NCBI GenBank assembly: GCA_951406725.2
Contig: OX597838.1
Coordinates: 12,400,001-12,464,000, forward strand
Length of the DNA stretch: 64,000 nucleotides
Direction of reading: 5' to 3'
From: Octopus vulgaris
Lineage: Eukaryota
The position numbers and the translations under genes were made by a program. The notes beneath the pieces were generated by a model. That model searched no databases and was not told the origin of the DNA. It saw nothing but the letters and a program-made list of their open reading frames with translations. Shown piece after piece: positions 27,431 to 40,335 of this stretch (position 1 is the first letter of the stretch; each line of letters opens with the position of its first letter).

Positions 27431-27595
27431 CATATATACGACAGGCTTCTTTCAGTTTCCGTCTACCGAATCCACTCACAAGGCATTGGTCGGCCCGGGG
27501 CTATAGCAGAAGACACTTGCCCAAGATGCCAAGCAGTGGGACTGAACCCGGAACCATGTGGTTGGTTAGCAAGCTACTTACCACACTGCCACTCC
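27310..27595 (-). mobile_element. SINE family B (tail-truncated)
   Basis: Family homology. Confidence 0.8.
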
Positions 27596-27761
27596 ATAAT
27601 AAACAAACTCACACACATGTAGATATAAATATATATGCACATGTATGCATATGTATATGTATATGTGCGTGTACACATATATATATGCATGAATATACAC
27701 TTATATATGCATATCTATGTATACATTATGTATGCATATGCAGACACACACACACATATAA

Positions 27762-28137
27762 TCTCTCTCTATATAAACGGCAGTTTGTCTGTGCGTGTTT
27801 CTGTGTGTCTGTTTGCTTGTACCTTCACCCTGACCACGGCTTTCAACCGATTCTGATGAAACTTGACACACACATAGCTCAATGTCATAATTCAAAACTA
27901 ACGCAGCGAAAATTTTGAAAAGTTCCCTCAGTTCTGAAAAAAATCGATAAATTCGACATGGGGTCCAGAATCAGAAACACAAACTGTCTAGGGGACGCAA
28001 CTCCACCTTTTTTAACTAAAAAAAAAAATTACCATCATTTTTTCCCACTTTTTTGCTATTTTTTGGCTATAACTCTCTAAAAATGCTTTATAGTTATTTC
28101 CCTTACAAACCTGAGCAACGCCGGGCGATACTGCTAG
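27762..28137 (+). mobile_element. Non-autonomous Helitron
   Basis: A|TC..TATATA 5' end, (GTCT)-like subterminal repeats, CCGATTCTGATGAAACTT motif, 3' hairpin CCTGAGCAACGCCGGG followed by CTAG|T; no TSD. Confidence 0.7.
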
Positions 28138-28348
28138 TTATATATAAAGGGCGAGATTTGGCAAAGAGGGAGCGAGAGATTATATGCATATAATGTATAG
28201 GTGGGGCGAATTATATAGTATGTACGCTAGCATATATCTCGTGCATATGTCTGCAGTTACCTATTTGAAAATCTTCTCTGTGGATATTACAGACGATGTG
28301 AAAACATGCTATTTCTGTTACTAAGAGATATAAAATAACTGGAAAACC

Positions 28349-28391
28349 TCTTACGCGTACGTTTCGGGAATAATTGTCCCTCCATCAGAGA
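28349..28391 (-). ncRNA. Hammerhead-like motif (near canonical)
   Basis: Minus strand: UCU-CUGAUGG-A-GGGA caauuau UCCC-GAA-ACG uacg CGUA-AGA. Confidence 0.5.
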
Positions 28392-28527
28392 ATACGCCCT
28401 CTTAGTCCTCGGCTACCCACATAACTATTAATCTAAATGACAACTCCTTGATTTGCATTTAATACGTCTTGACGGTTACGTGGTTAATTAAATAGTATAT
28501 ACTTATATAAATCACAGAAGTAAGAAT

Positions 28528-28830
28528 TAGAACACCTGAAACAGTGTATCCAAGCAATAGCAGGTAAAATTTCCGGATATCAGAAAAGAATAGATAGGTT
28601 TGAACAGAACCGATTTTTGGAGACAAGGGGATTTCGTCGCCAAATAAATAGTGTGGAAGAAACTACTGAAGATGAGGAGCCAAATCCAGAAGCTAGAAAG
28701 TGATGGAGAAATAGTTGGGATAAACCAGTTAATCATAATGGATATGCAGCATGGATTAAGAAAGTGACGGAAGAAGCAGTTAGTGAGAAGCAGCCAGATC
28801 TAAGACTAACTAGTGCATTCATGAGTAAAG
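28528..28830 (+). mobile_element. Degenerate R4/Dong-like ORF fragment (region N-terminal to RT)
   Basis: LEHLKQCIQAIAGKISGYQKRIDRFEQNRF..EPNPEARK*WRNSWDKPVNHNGYAAWIKKV. Confidence 0.6.
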
Positions 28831-28882
28831 TGTTAGGAAGATGTATGTATATATACATACGTATATGTACATACATCTATAC

Positions 28883-28941
<59 letters not shown>

Positions 28942-28944
<3 letters not shown>

Positions 28945-29319
28945 CTCTTTTACTTGTTTCAGTCATTTGACTGCGGCCATGCTGGAGCACCGCCTTGAAT
29001 CGAGCAACTCGACCCCGGGACTTATTCTTTTGTAAGCCCAGTACTGATTCTATCGGTCTCTTTTGCCGAACCGCTAAGTAACGGGGACATAAACACACCA
29101 GCATCGGTTGTCAAACACAGACACACAAACACACACACGCATATATATATACATATATACGACGGGCTTCTTTCAGTTTCCTTCCACCAAATCCACTCAC
29201 AAGGCTTTGGTCGGCCCGAGGCTATAGTAGAAGACACTTGCCCAAGGTGTCACGCAGTGGGACTGAACCCGGAACCATGTGGTTGGTAAACAAGCTACTT
29301 ACCACACAGCCACTCTGCG

Positions 29320-29321
<2 letters not shown>
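28942..29321 (-). mobile_element. SINE family B
   Basis: Family homology. Confidence 0.85.
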
Positions 29322-29377
<56 letters not shown>

Positions 29378-29385
<8 letters not shown>

Positions 29386-29559
29386 CATTTAGGAATGGTC
29401 ATTTTGCCAGTTTAGCCAATAAAAATACACGCACTATATATTTGGTGTTACTTTGCTTCAGCGTTATTTATTTTTTACATTAATCTTAATCTTATTTCGG
29501 CCAGATTTCTTTCATTATTGGCTAAACTGGCAAAATGACCATTCCTAAATACAACAATA
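29378..29559. repeat. ~45-bp inverted repeat within (TA)n (Penelope-type terminal structure?)
   Basis: TATTGTTGCATTTAGGAATGGTCATTTTGCCAGTTTAGCCAATAA vs TTATTGGCTAAACTGGCAAAATGACCATTCCTAAATACAACAATA. Confidence 0.8.
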
Positions 29560-29603
29560 TCTGTTTCAACACACGATTTCACATCAAATATCTTGCAAAA
29601 CAA

Positions 29604-29663
<60 letters not shown>

Positions 29664-29717
29664 TGTAATATGTGACAATTATTCGGTAGCCATGATAAAA
29701 CATTTTTCCGATGGCCG

Positions 29718-29778
29718 GATAACTGAAGAGATGGCGGCGTGGAATTCCACCTCGACATCCGAAACTCGGAGTTTTATC
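29718..29778 (+). ncRNA. Type-I hammerhead ribozyme motif with canonical core, within a 40-bp inverted repeat (29662-29701 / 29771-29810)
   Basis: GAUAA-CUGAAGA-GAUG..GUGGAAUUCCAC..CAUC-C-GAA-ACU cgg AGUU-UUAUC. Confidence 0.65.
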
Positions 29779-29880
29779 ATGGCTACCAAATAATTGTCTC
29801 ATATTACATTTACAGATAAATTCCTCTATTTACATAATATCGAGGTCTCTTTCATTCTTTTGTTGTCTTACCATTTCTAT

Positions 29881-29948
<68 letters not shown>

Positions 29949-30007
29949 TATACTATTATATGATCGAACGCCACGCATCCTCTTCCAAGTAAGTTTTATA
30001 TATATGT

Positions 30008-30074
<67 letters not shown>

Positions 30075-30157
30075 ACAACAACAACAACGAACACACACAT
30101 ATGTACGAGTATGTACGTGATTGTATCTATATGTATGTGTGCATGTGTGCCTGCATG

Positions 30158-30203
<46 letters not shown>

Positions 30204-30344
30204 TGAAGAAAGAAAGAGAGAGAGATTATAAATACAGGAAGTATTAGTCAAAGATATGAATATCAAAGGATTCTCAAAATATTTAAGACATGGTTGTCTG
30301 TGTATATATATATATGTGTGTAGATGCGCGCGCATGCTTAAGTG

Positions 30345-30408
<64 letters not shown>

Positions 30409-30964
30409 ATGTATATATATATATACATATATACATATATATATCCATGTATATACACATACATATAAATGTTTATACACGCACACACGCGCACACGCAC
30501 ACACATACACACACATACGCATGCAGACATTTCATTTTTTTGTGCAAATGTTTGTTTTATTTGTGAATCTTTTGAAAATCAAATCTTGGATTAATACTTC
30601 CGGTTCTTATCGCCACTGCACGCAAATACATGCATACATACATACATACACACATACATACATACATGCATACATAAATACATACATACATACATACATA
30701 CATACACACACACATACATACATACATACATATACATACATATACATACATATATATATATATATATATAAGGAGCACTCCGTCGGTTACGACGACGAGG
30801 GTCCCAGCTGATACGATCAACGAAAGAGCTTGCTCGTGAAATTAACTTGCAATATGACTTGAGATGCTTGCCTTATCTTAACGTTTGTTGTCCTCTCTAA
30901 CAATTATATATGTGTGTGTGTGCGTGTGTGTGTGTGTCTGTCTATCTGTCTGTCTGTCTGTGTG

Positions 30965-30996
<32 letters not shown>

Positions 30997-31165
30997 AATA
31001 TACATACATACATACATACACAGATATGTATTTGAAAACCTCTCTCTCCGCAGGCAAATTATAGCTGTTCGTATGTGTGTGTGTGTGTGTTTGTGTCTGT
31101 GTGTGTGCATGTGTGTGTGTGTCTGTCTGTGTGTGTGTGCGTGTGTGTGTGTGTGTGTGTGTGCA

Positions 31166-31198
<33 letters not shown>

Positions 31199-31236
31199 GC
31201 ATGTGTGTCTGTGTGTGTGTGTGTCTGTGTGTGTGT

Positions 31237-31269
<33 letters not shown>

Positions 31270-31398
31270 AGTGTGTATGAATATACATACATACATACAC
31301 AGATATGTATTTGAAAACCTCTCTCTCCGCAGGCAAATTATAGCTGTTCGTATGTGTGTGTGTGTGTTTGTGTCTGTGTGTGTGTGTGTCTGTCTGTC

Positions 31399-31452
<54 letters not shown>

Positions 31453-31804
31453 ATCTATACCATAGCAACTACATAACATTTATCCGCTTTATGATATAGG
31501 GTTGTGAATAGATCACGTGAGTGGTTTTCTTACACTTCCACTCACGGCTCCACCATTTACCTATCTCGCCACCCCACTACCATCAACGACAATTATATTT
31601 TCACTAAGGTGTATCAATACCTATAATCATAGTTTTGACATCGATCGATTTTCAGAATCGTAAAATTTCTTGAAGCATTATTGCTTATGCTTTCTTGCTT
31701 TATGAGTCTCTTCATATTGAGTTCAAATCACGACGAGGCCGACTTAGAATTTTATCCTTCTAGTTTCAATAAAATATGATTACTATTATTATTATTATTA
31801 TTAT

Positions 31805-32181
31805 TGAGTGAGGGAGCAGTGCATGTCATCAAAGTGACACTGGAGTAAAATATACGAAGCCTGATATACTCATCATGACAATCCGACTGATAAGAGTACA
31901 CCAGGCACATGCATCACAACCATATGTGCGCGACATGGTGATCTCATATCAAGATAAACAGTGCATGACCTTGCAGGTGGGGCCCAGTTAGAATTTTCTT
32001 CAGGTTGAGTAGCCCATCCCGCTCAAACGGTCCCTGAATAAGGGTTGCTTAAGGATGTTGAACAAAACACCCATGTTTCCAGAGGTGAACTATTCAAACC
32101 CCAAAGAATCCTTCTCAACACATGGCTATGATGCTCCCCCACTACTTCTGCTCGTGATCAGAGATGCACATATCGTCAGCC

Positions 32182-32249
<68 letters not shown>

Positions 32250-32567
32250 GAGTGAGAGAGCAGTGCATGTCATCAAAGTGACACTGGAGTAAAATATACG
32301 AAGCCTGATATACTCATCATGACAATCCGTCTGATAAGAGTACACTAGGCACATGCATCACAACCATATGTGCGTGATATGGTGATCTCATATCATGATA
32401 AATAGTAAATGACCTTGCAGATGGGGCCCAGTTAGAATTTTCTTCAAGTCGAGTAGCCCATCCCATTGAAAAGGTCCATGAATAAGGGTTGGTTAAGGAT
32501 TTTGGACGAAGCACCCATGTTTCCAGAGGTGAATTATTCAAACCTCAAAGAATTCCTCTCAACACAT
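31805..32567. mobile_element. Two tandem copies of a ~380-bp repeat (family E) separated and flanked by (TTA)n
   Basis: Units 31805-32181 and 32250-32567; partial third copy at 21313-21432, also after (TTA)n. Confidence 0.8.
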
Positions 32568-32589
32568 CAAGGCATTTAGCACGTACTGC

Positions 32590-32975
32590 ATCAAGGCATT
32601 TAGCACGCCGGACGAAATGCGTAGCCGTTACGTTCTGAGTTCAAATTCCGCCAAGGTCGACTTTGCCTTTCATCCTTTCGGGGTCGATTAAATAAGTAGC
32701 AGTTACGCACTGGGATCGATATAATCGACTTAATCCGTTTGTCTGTCCTTGTTTGTCCCTTCTGTGTTTAGCCCCTTGTGGGTAGTAAAGAAATAGGTAT
32801 TTTGTCTGCCGTTACGTTCTGAGTTCAAATTCCGCCGAGGTCGACTTTGCCTTTCATCCTTTCGGGGTCGATTAAATAAGTACCAGTTACGCAGTGTTAC
32901 GACTTAATCCGTTTGTCTGTCCTTGTTTGTCCTCTCTGTGTTTAGCCCCTTGTGGGTAGTAAAGAAATAGGTATC
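32590..32975 (+). mobile_element. SINE family A with tandem body duplication
   Basis: Junction AAATAGGTATTTTGTCTGCCG at ~32795. Confidence 0.82.
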
Positions 32976-33119
32976 TATTAGCAACAGAGATAGAGCAGTA
33001 ATATTTATCTTTAATTAAACGTGGATGTTCTGTTAGTAGAACAAACTAAATTGCAGTGGATACCATGAGGAAAACTCTCATATTGACTTTTTGGTGCAAA
33101 ATGCACTCTTGTTCATATC

Positions 33120-33507
33120 TATGGAAGCACTCCGTCGGTTACGACGACGAGGGTTCCGGTTGATCCGATCAACGGAACAGCCTGCTCGTGAAATTAACGT
33201 GTAAGTGTTTGAGCACTCCACAGACACGTGTAGCCTTAACGTAGTTCTCGGGGATATTCAGCGTGACACAGAGAGTGACAAGGCCGGCCCTTTGAAATAT
33301 AGGTACAACAGAAACAGGAAGTAAGAGTGAGAGAAAGTTGTGGTGAAAGAGTACAGCAGGGATCACCACAACCCTCTACCGGAGCCTCGTGGAGCTTTAG
33401 GTGTTTTCGCTCAATAAACACTCACAACGCCCGGTCTGGGAATCGAAACCGCGATCCTAAGACCGCGAGTCCGCTGCCCTAACCACTGGGCCATTGCGCC
33501 TCCACTC
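33120..33507 (-). mobile_element. tRNA-derived SINE family C with TSD GTTCATATC
   Basis: Head GGAGGCGCAATGGCCCAGTGGTTAGGGCAGCGGACTCGCGG..GGTTTCGATTCCC; TSD at 33111-33119 and 33508-33516. Confidence 0.9.
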
Positions 33508-34328
33508 GTTCATATCATTAGCGGGGAGATATATCGCCGCCATCTCCAGAGCCAAGACCACCGGTTCACGTAACTTCGACCTTATTTGGTTTTATCAATG
33601 ACGGTCATCGACCGCTAGAGACAGCAGCGATTCGTCTCCCACCCACCACCCACCCCCATCGCTATTATAGATTGACAACGATATCAAACACGCATCATCA
33701 CCACTTCTAAACACATGCCACTACTACCAGGGTACTACACCAACAGTGTATCCCCCCACCCCGTCTTTAGCACCACCACCACCATATAGATAAAAGTTAA
33801 ATTTGATGTTCTTCATATGTAAATTAATACTAATTATCCCTTAACTGCGTCGAAGTAATACTAGGACAGTGGTGGTGGTGGTGGCGGTGGTGGTGGTGGT
33901 GGTGGAGGAGGTGGTGGTGGTGGTAGAGGTGGTGGTGGTGGTGGTGGAGGAGGTGGTGGTGGTGGTAGAGAAGGTGGTGGTCGTCGTGGTGGTCGTGGTG
34001 GTGGTGGTGGTAGTGGTGGTGGTAGTGGTGGTGGTGTAGGTAGTGGTTTTGGTGGTGGTGCTGTTTCTATTGCTGCTACTGGTGGTGGTGGCGGCGGCAG
34101 TGTTGATGGTTTTGGCGGGTGGTGGTGGTGGTGGTGGTGATGGTGGTTTAAACGGAGAGAAGTGGAGGTGAATGAATACAGAAAAGGATGACTGAAGGAG
34201 TGTTAGAAGAGTAACAAGGGAGAGAAGAAGAAGTGGTAAAAAAGGGGGGAGACAGAGGTGAGTAGAGTAGGAGTGAAAGAAGGGGAGGTGAGGACAAGAA
34301 GAGTGAGGGAAAAGGAGAACCTGGGAGA

Positions 34329-34377
<49 letters not shown>

Positions 34378-34980
34378 AAAGAAGAAAAGAGAAGAAAAAA
34401 AGAGACAAGCAAATATGAAAGGTGGGTAAAAGAGGGGATACGCCATATTGTCCGGCGTGCCATCTCGCGGCCTTAAAGAGACAGATGCCAAAATATGATC
34501 TGACTATGTGAATGAGGAGAGCAAGAGAGAGCAAGAGAATGAAAGAGGGGGAAGGAGAGAAATCGAGAAAGAGAGAGAGAGAGATGAGGAGTGCAAAAGG
34601 TAGAGAGAAAGAGGAAGAGAGTGTGTGAGAGAGACCAACATAATTAGTGGAAAACCAATTAAGGGCTAACTAAAAGCCTTTGATCTTACCGATCGAAAAT
34701 TACATGTAAATGTAAACATTTTTATGTACGTATGACTATATATATATATGTGTGCGTATATATGTGTAAATGTATGTATGCGTGCGTATACATATAATTA
34801 TATGTGCGTTTGTATGTATGTATGTTTGTATATATGTATGTATGCATGTATGTAAAATGGCTGCAGACAATCTCTAAATTAACACATCATTACTAATAGT
34901 TTGATGCTTGGTAGTTAATCTATATATTGACTATTTCATAATATACATAAGTGTCTGTATGTGTATACATACGGATATAG

Positions 34981-35040
<60 letters not shown>

Positions 35041-35155
35041 ATAATAAGAGTTTAGGAGTCAAGTGAATCAGGTACCTAAACAGTGAAGCACCAAGTTCGG
35101 GTCAAAGAGATAGCAATCGTGTACAGAGCAAAATTGGAGGAGCATATACGTACAT

Positions 35156-35435
35156 GGAGGCACGTGGCCTAGTGGTTAGAGCAGCGGACTCGCGGTCGAG
35201 AGATCGCGGGTTCGAATCTCAGACCGGACGATGTGTGCGTTTATGAGCGAAACACCAAAGCTCCACGCGGCTCCGGCAGAAGGTAATGGCTAACTTCTGC
35301 TGACTCTTTCGCCACAACTTTCTGTCTTTCCTCCTGCATCTTGCAGCTCACCTGCGACGGACCGGCGTCCCGTCCAGAGAGTAAATACGCCACGAAACCG
35401 GCCTTTATGAGTCTATAGGGCTTGAAAAGGATGCT
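35156..35435 (+). mobile_element. SINE family D (C-related tRNA head with a V-domain-like 3' part)
   Basis: GGAGGCACGTGGCCTAGTGGTTAGAGCAGCGG..GGTTCGAATC; 3' CCTGCGACGGACCGGCGTCCCGTCCAG. Confidence 0.7.
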
Positions 35436-35789
35436 TTATCCTTATACTCCCTTTCAGTCTACTTCCTCACGTATATCCTTTTACACATTCATTGCAAGAG
35501 ATGCTGTTTAATGTGTGACTCTTCTAATCACGTCTATGGCCTGTCTTACTTCGTCATACCCATCCACACTTTAAACTGGGCCGTGCGCCAACATGTTATG
35601 GAAAAATTTTCATTATTAAAAATGTTTTCCCGGCACCTCCTGGAGCATCTAAGAAATAAAGTCCCCTGTGTTATTGTTAATACTGACTATGATCAGGTAG
35701 AAGCTTGGGAAGATTATCATTTATCTACATGGTCAGTTCATCCTTATCATAGGAAATTTCCTTCATTATTTCAGTGGACAGAATGTTAA

Positions 35790-36145
35790 AATCCCCTCTG
35801 CAAGTTGTACAGGTTCAACTCCCATGGAAATAATTTGATCTTCTGTTTCAAGAAAAGCCGCATTGTAAGCATCAGTGAAACCAATATCTTGCTCCAGATT
35901 ATTGGTGTTTGAAATCTTCAGCAAGATCTTTCTGAACATATTCCACAGTTGAGAATAATAACAAAAAGACATCTTGAAAGTCTTAGGTGTTTTTCATAAT
36001 GAAGCTTCGTCTAATGTAGCTTCCCATTGCTGATCGTGATCGTCTGCAAGCAAACCTAACTTGAAACACGCTTCTCGATATGTTCTGCAAATCTCGCCAT
36101 CAACTCGTTTCAAACTTTCCCATGAAGTCGGTCTTCTTTTTACAT
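35790..36145 (-). mobile_element. Helitron Rep/Helicase coding remnant
   Basis: RPTSWESLKRVDGEICRTYREACFKLGLLADDHDQQWEATLDEA matches the Helitron GPTSFEDLRTVDG..TFREAC..LGLLEDD..W motif. Contains stops and frameshifts. Confidence 0.8.
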
Positions 36146-36633
36146 GAAGAAGCATTCTGAGATGAAAGCATTCATTTTGGTTAGGTTGTATAGTATATAT
36201 TCTACCAATTGTTGTTCCAGGTGTGTCGAGGATTTTCGCTCCGCTGTGAATTTGTGTCTGTGTGAGTATGGCTTTGCTGTCAGAGTGTCTCTGCTTATGT
36301 GGGAAAAAAATTTGTATATTTATACCTGAACGGAGAAGTTAGAAAAATAGGCATATGATGTAGAAATAATAAGTTTGGAGAATGCAGGTGACTGCGATGT
36401 GAGAGGGAAGGTTACAGGTGAAAGAGAGACAGAAAGAGAGATAGAGATATAGAAAGAGAGATAGAGATACAGAAAGAGAGATAGAGATACAGAGAGAGAG
36501 AAACAGACAGACAGAAAGAGAGACAGAAAAGAAACAGAGAATGCTCTCGGTATAAAATATCTTAAACATGAATGAATATACATGTGTGTGTATGTGTGTG
36601 TGTGTGTGTGGCTGTGTGTTCTGTTATTCTTGC

Positions 36634-36672
<39 letters not shown>

Positions 36673-36970
36673 GAAAGGAAGAGAGAGATAGAAAGACAGG
36701 GAAAATAGACAGATAGAAAAGAAACAAAATGGTGTGCGGTTTTAGTTTCACTTTGCGGGACAAGCAAAGAGACAGAATCTCTTTGAAGTAGCATGGCAGA
36801 GAGACAGACAGGCAGACAGACAGAGAATATATAGTGGGGGGGAGAAGAGAGGAGACATAGACAGGAAATCATAGAAAGTTGGTATCTAGTTTTAGTTTTA
36901 CTTTGTGGAACAGACAAACAGACAGAATCTCTCTTTTATATATATATATTTCTTTACTACCCACAAGGTA

Positions 36971-37005
<35 letters not shown>

Positions 37006-37008
<3 letters not shown>

Positions 37009-38235
37009 ACAAGAACGTATATATACAATATATATATCATCATCGTATAATATTAATCTTGAGATTACTAGATCACGGCCAGCCTCCAAGAAAACTAAGC
37101 AACGAGCATTAGAAAAACTAAGCTGGAAGCGTAGATTTCCTGGAAGAAGGATCGAATGCATACGAACACCAGGACAGCAAAAGGGACAGATATAAAAAAC
37201 AAAAACAATAATGGAATACAGAAACATGAAATACAGAAGCATTAACGTGAAAACAACAAGTGTCTTACGACTGATAACAAGCAAACAAATTTTTCTCTGG
37301 CGCATTGGAAAAGCCTTTATAGCGGCGGACGAAAAACAACGATGTTAACGTGACGATGGTCAGAAGCTGAAAGGCAGATTTCAGCCAGCAGTCACGTGAC
37401 AGAGAAGAGAGAAAAGAAAAGAAAGAAAAGCAAAGGAAGAGAGAGAAGAGAGAGAAAGAAGGAATCAGAGAGGAGAAGGGATGGGTGTCGAAGATTGACC
37501 TGTGAGTGCAGAGCGAGACAAAGAAATAGGAGGGTAGTGGAAGATTAGACCAAAGAATCAGAGGAAAGAGAAGAGAAAAAGAGGATGAGTAGAGAGAAAA
37601 GAGAGGAGAGAGAAGAGAGAGAGAAGGGGACAGATCAAGTAAAAATGAGAGAGAGAGAGAGACAAACAGAGAGTCGTACCAATTATTAAGAATATGTGCT
37701 CACATTAATGTTAAGAGGGTACGGGGCGCCTGGAATATATGTTAAGGTATGTAGAAAAATACAACATGGACAAGAACGTATAACTCTTAGAAGACGATAC
37801 AATAAACACGGACAGGACATTCGAAACCCTCAGTCTTCAGTCAAGAACCGGATCATCGTAGTAATTTCGGCTGATTAATCTTGAGATTACTAGATCACGG
37901 CCAGCCCTCCAAGAAAAACTAAGCAACGAGCATTAGAAAAACTAAGCTGGAAGCGTAGTATTTCCTGGAAGAAGGATCGAATGCATACGAACACCAGGAC
38001 AGCAAAAGGGACAGATATAAAAAAACAAAAAACAATAATGGAATACAGAAACATGAAATACAGAAGCATTAACGGTGAAAACAACAAGTGTCTTACGACT
38101 GATAACAAGCAAACAAATTTTTCTCTGGCGCATTGGAAAAAGCCTTTATAGCGGCGGACGAAAAACAACGATGTTAACGTGACGATGGTCAGAAGCTGAA
38201 AGGCAGATTTCTCACGTGACAGAGAGAGAGAAAAG
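37006..38235. mobile_element. Direct repeat pair (~350 bp; ~37050-37405 and ~37874-38225), Penelope pLTR-like
   Basis: Near-identical units around a GA-rich spacer. A related inverted fragment lies at 38466-38545 and a relative at 61975-62130. Confidence 0.6.
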
Positions 38236-38297
38236 AAAAATATATATATATATATATATTCCTCTGTCTTCCTTCTCTGGATCTTTCCTTCTCCTAT

Positions 38298-38332
38298 GTT
38301 TCCGACGAAGAGCTCCGCTCGAAACGTTAAAC
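38298..38332 (+). ncRNA. Minimal hammerhead-like motif (CCGACGA core), family H2 copy
   Basis: GUUU-CCGACGA-A-GAGC ucc GCUC-GAAAC-GUU-AAAC, identical to 17207-17241. Confidence 0.5.
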
Positions 38333-38428
38333 CCTCCTTCTTTCCTTCTTTCCTGAGCGTCCAATAATACTATATTTGTTCCACGTCCTCGCGTTGTTGT
38401 GTTTTTTTGTGCTTTCTTGTTTGGATTA

Positions 38429-38467
<39 letters not shown>

Positions 38468-38652
38468 AGATTAATCAGCCGAAATTGCGAGGATGATCCG
38501 GTCCTCGACTGAAGATAAAAGGCTTCGAATGACCCGTCCGGTTTTTTTTTTTTTTTTTTTTTTGTATCGTCTATCTTGATGTTTTGTTGTCCCCTTTTGT
38601 ATCACCTAGTTGTCCGGGGTGTTTTGCGTTCTTGTCCCATTTTGTATTTTAT

Positions 38653-38708
<56 letters not shown>

Positions 38709-38741
38709 TATATTGTTATATATACTTACAAATACATATAT

Positions 38742-38796
<55 letters not shown>

Positions 38797-39295
38797 GGTA
38801 CACGTGCATTCGTGCATACACACGTACGTACATATAGGTGCACATATATACGTTATGTACACATACTACACATATGCACTTATATAAGTGTGAGATGCTG
38901 TGAGAGAGAGCGAGGGCCTCGTTAAAAACGATCCGTTTATATTTTAATTGCTCACTTTAATATTTATGACATTTTCCCAAATGCAATTACATTTTTCTCT
39001 TTCCATAACATTTGTAAGATGTTCTTTTATGCAGTCATACTATATTACATTCAATTCAATATGGCCTCCACAAAAATAACGGCTTCCTGCGTCTGGGTCT
39101 CCATCATATTATATTGCTTGCGATACATATAACACGGAGTTATTTCATTGGCTCACGCTGAGTGTGTATGTGTATTATATGAGTGTGCGTTTATGTCACG
39201 TAATTCTATGATTTTCTGTCTGTGTTATGTGTGCGTGTGATTTTGTGTTATGCGCGTATGTATCAGGTGTGTGTTTGTGTGTGTGTGAGAGAGAG

Positions 39296-39335
<40 letters not shown>

Positions 39336-39713
39336 TGTGTGTGTGTGTGTGTGTGTGTGTGTCTGTGTGTGTCTGTGTCTGTGTGTGTGCTTGTGTGTGT
39401 GTGTATGTGTGTGTGTGTGCGCGTGCGTATGTTTTATCTTTCCTTTCAAGGTTGGGTCTTCAAATCCTGATGAAGACTAATCGGCGCCGTCGTGTCAAAA
39501 GGTGGGGTCTTGGGCATTTGAAATCCGCTGGGATCCATCCCCCCCCCCACCAGATCTGAACATGTCTGGTGTGTTCGAGTAAGAAAGTGAAAGAGAGAAG
39601 AAGAGGGGGAGACAGAAAGAAGAAGAAGAAGAAGAAGAAGAAGAAGAAGAAGAAGAAAAAGATGATGATGATGATGATGATGAAGAAGAAGATGATGATG
39701 ATGATGATGATGA

Positions 39714-39746
<33 letters not shown>

Positions 39747-39791
39747 TGATGATGATGATGATGAAGATGATGATGATGATGATGATGATGA

Positions 39792-39833
<42 letters not shown>

Positions 39834-40291
39834 TGAAGAAGAAGAAGAAGAAGAAGAAGAAGAAGAAGAAGAAGAAGAAGAAGAAGAAGAAGAAGAAGAA
39901 GAAGAAGAAGAAGAAGAAGAAGAAGAAGAAGAAGAAGAAGAAGAAGAAGAAGAAGAAGAAGAAGAACAGCAGCAACAAATTTATCCTTCCCCGAGGGATG
40001 AAAGGGGAAGTTAACTCTTCTGCGGGATTTGAACCCAGTGAGTCAGAACAGATATCCATTTCTACTTTATAAAAAATCTCGGCTCTTGAGTCTCTGTAAC
40101 TTCTGCCAATTATTAATTTTTAAGAAATAGATTTGGATTAATTAAATTCTAAAAGAAGATGTTTCTAAAAGAAGAAGATGAATGTAGCTTTGACCAGAAG
40201 AAGCTGATGTCATAACACGATGTTCTGTGATCATTACCGGTTTCGACTCTAATGATCGTCGATCATCTGTGGTGCCCAAATCACCTTGTTG

Positions 40292-40335
<44 letters not shown>

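Noticed and set aside
35156-35230. Functional tRNA genes at SINE heads (also 33430-33505 and 55227-55300)
   Set aside because: They continue into SINE bodies with TSDs, and the cloverleaf is imperfect.
39466-39500. CTGATGA hammerhead or C/D-box candidate
   Set aside because: There is no GAAA after a stem II and no supporting terminal stem.
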